From Geosiphon pyriformis uo1 (taxonomy: Eukaryota; Fungi; Glomeromycota), in contig JAAOMT010000496.1 in assembly GCA_016748015.1 (NCBI GenBank), positions 30,622 through 94,621 on the forward strand: a stretch of 64,000 bases of DNA, given 5' to 3'. Of the stretch, positions 63,316 through 64,000 are shown one piece after another. The translations under genes and the position numbers were made by a program. Positions within the stretch are counted from its first letter, which is position 1; the number at the start of each line of letters is the position of its first letter. Below the pieces are notes generated by a model that was given only the letters and a program-made list of their open reading frames with translations, ran no database searches and was not told where the DNA came from.

Positions 63316-64000
63316 TTGATTGTTATTAAAAAAAATTTAGCTATTTTTCCAGTTATTAAATATTCAAAAGTTACTAAATTAGTGAAGAAATATCTTGTGC
63401 ACAATCAGAAAACTGAAAATTTGCTTAATTGTTTGAATAAAAAAAATCCAAAGCATTTGATAAACAATATTTTACTCAGCTTTTCTTTAGAACATGGGAT
63501 TAGAACTATCCCTAATTTAACAAAAACATTTTGAAATATCAGAAAGCAGCAAATCTAAAAGATTTTTTTGTACAATACAATCTTGCAAATTGTTATTTAA
63601 ATAGAAAAGAAATAACAAAAGATTCTGAAAAAACAATTGAACTTTATTCAAAAAAAGCAGAGGTGGGACATTTAAATACACAATACAATCTTGCAGTTTG
63701 TTATAATAATAGAAAAAAAATGATGAAAAATTCAGAAAAAGTATTTAAACTTTATTCAAAAACAGCAGAGGTAAGAGATTTATTTGGACAAATTGCTCTT
63801 AGAGCATATCATTGAATTCGATTAGAAACAATAGAAGATCCAGAAAAAATGGGAAATCCAAGTCCACAAACCAGTATTGGAACATATCATTGAAAGAAAC
63901 GGGAAATAATGAAAATTTTAGAAGAAACATTTCAATTCTATTTAAAAACAGCAGAGATAGAAAGTCAAAATGCACAATATAACCTTGGATAATATTATTA
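63316..64000 (+). pseudogene. Second Sel1-like repeat pseudogene, paralogue of 54740-55660; runs out of the window
   Basis: QYNLANCYLNRKEITKDSEKTIELYSKKAEVGHLNTQYNLAVCY. The DNA N-terminal to the repeats (KYSKV...LEHGI) is colinear with 54745-54940. Confidence 0.8.

Overview
Very AT-rich, almost CpG-free eukaryotic DNA with no intact host gene. The Sel1-repeat/kinase remnants and transposon families suggest a Glomeromycotina-type fungus; this is inference, and the protein families resemble ones I recall from Geosiphon. The window is a nested retroelement graveyard. It holds five decayed LINEs (APE endonuclease-RT-RNase H-CCHC), a complete 9.9-kb Ty3/Gypsy element (dUTPase, Cys-rich insert, extra 3' ORF) inserted into a LINE RT motif, and the 5' end plus a solo LTR of a second Gypsy family. 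Two older Gypsy remnants and two Sel1-repeat pseudogenes are also present. The best candidate for a new system is a pair of ~2.3-kb ORF1-only retroposons (30769-33005 and 41386-43673, minus strand), reminiscent of mammalian HAL1. Each encodes a single ~700-aa diverged paralogue of the LINE ORF1 and has no RT. Both end in the same structured ~115-nt 3' UTR as the LINEs, and one copy has a poly(A) tail and a perfect 9-bp target-site duplication. The repeats and pseudogenes have decayed mainly by C>T/G>A transitions. All alignments and counts were done by eye.
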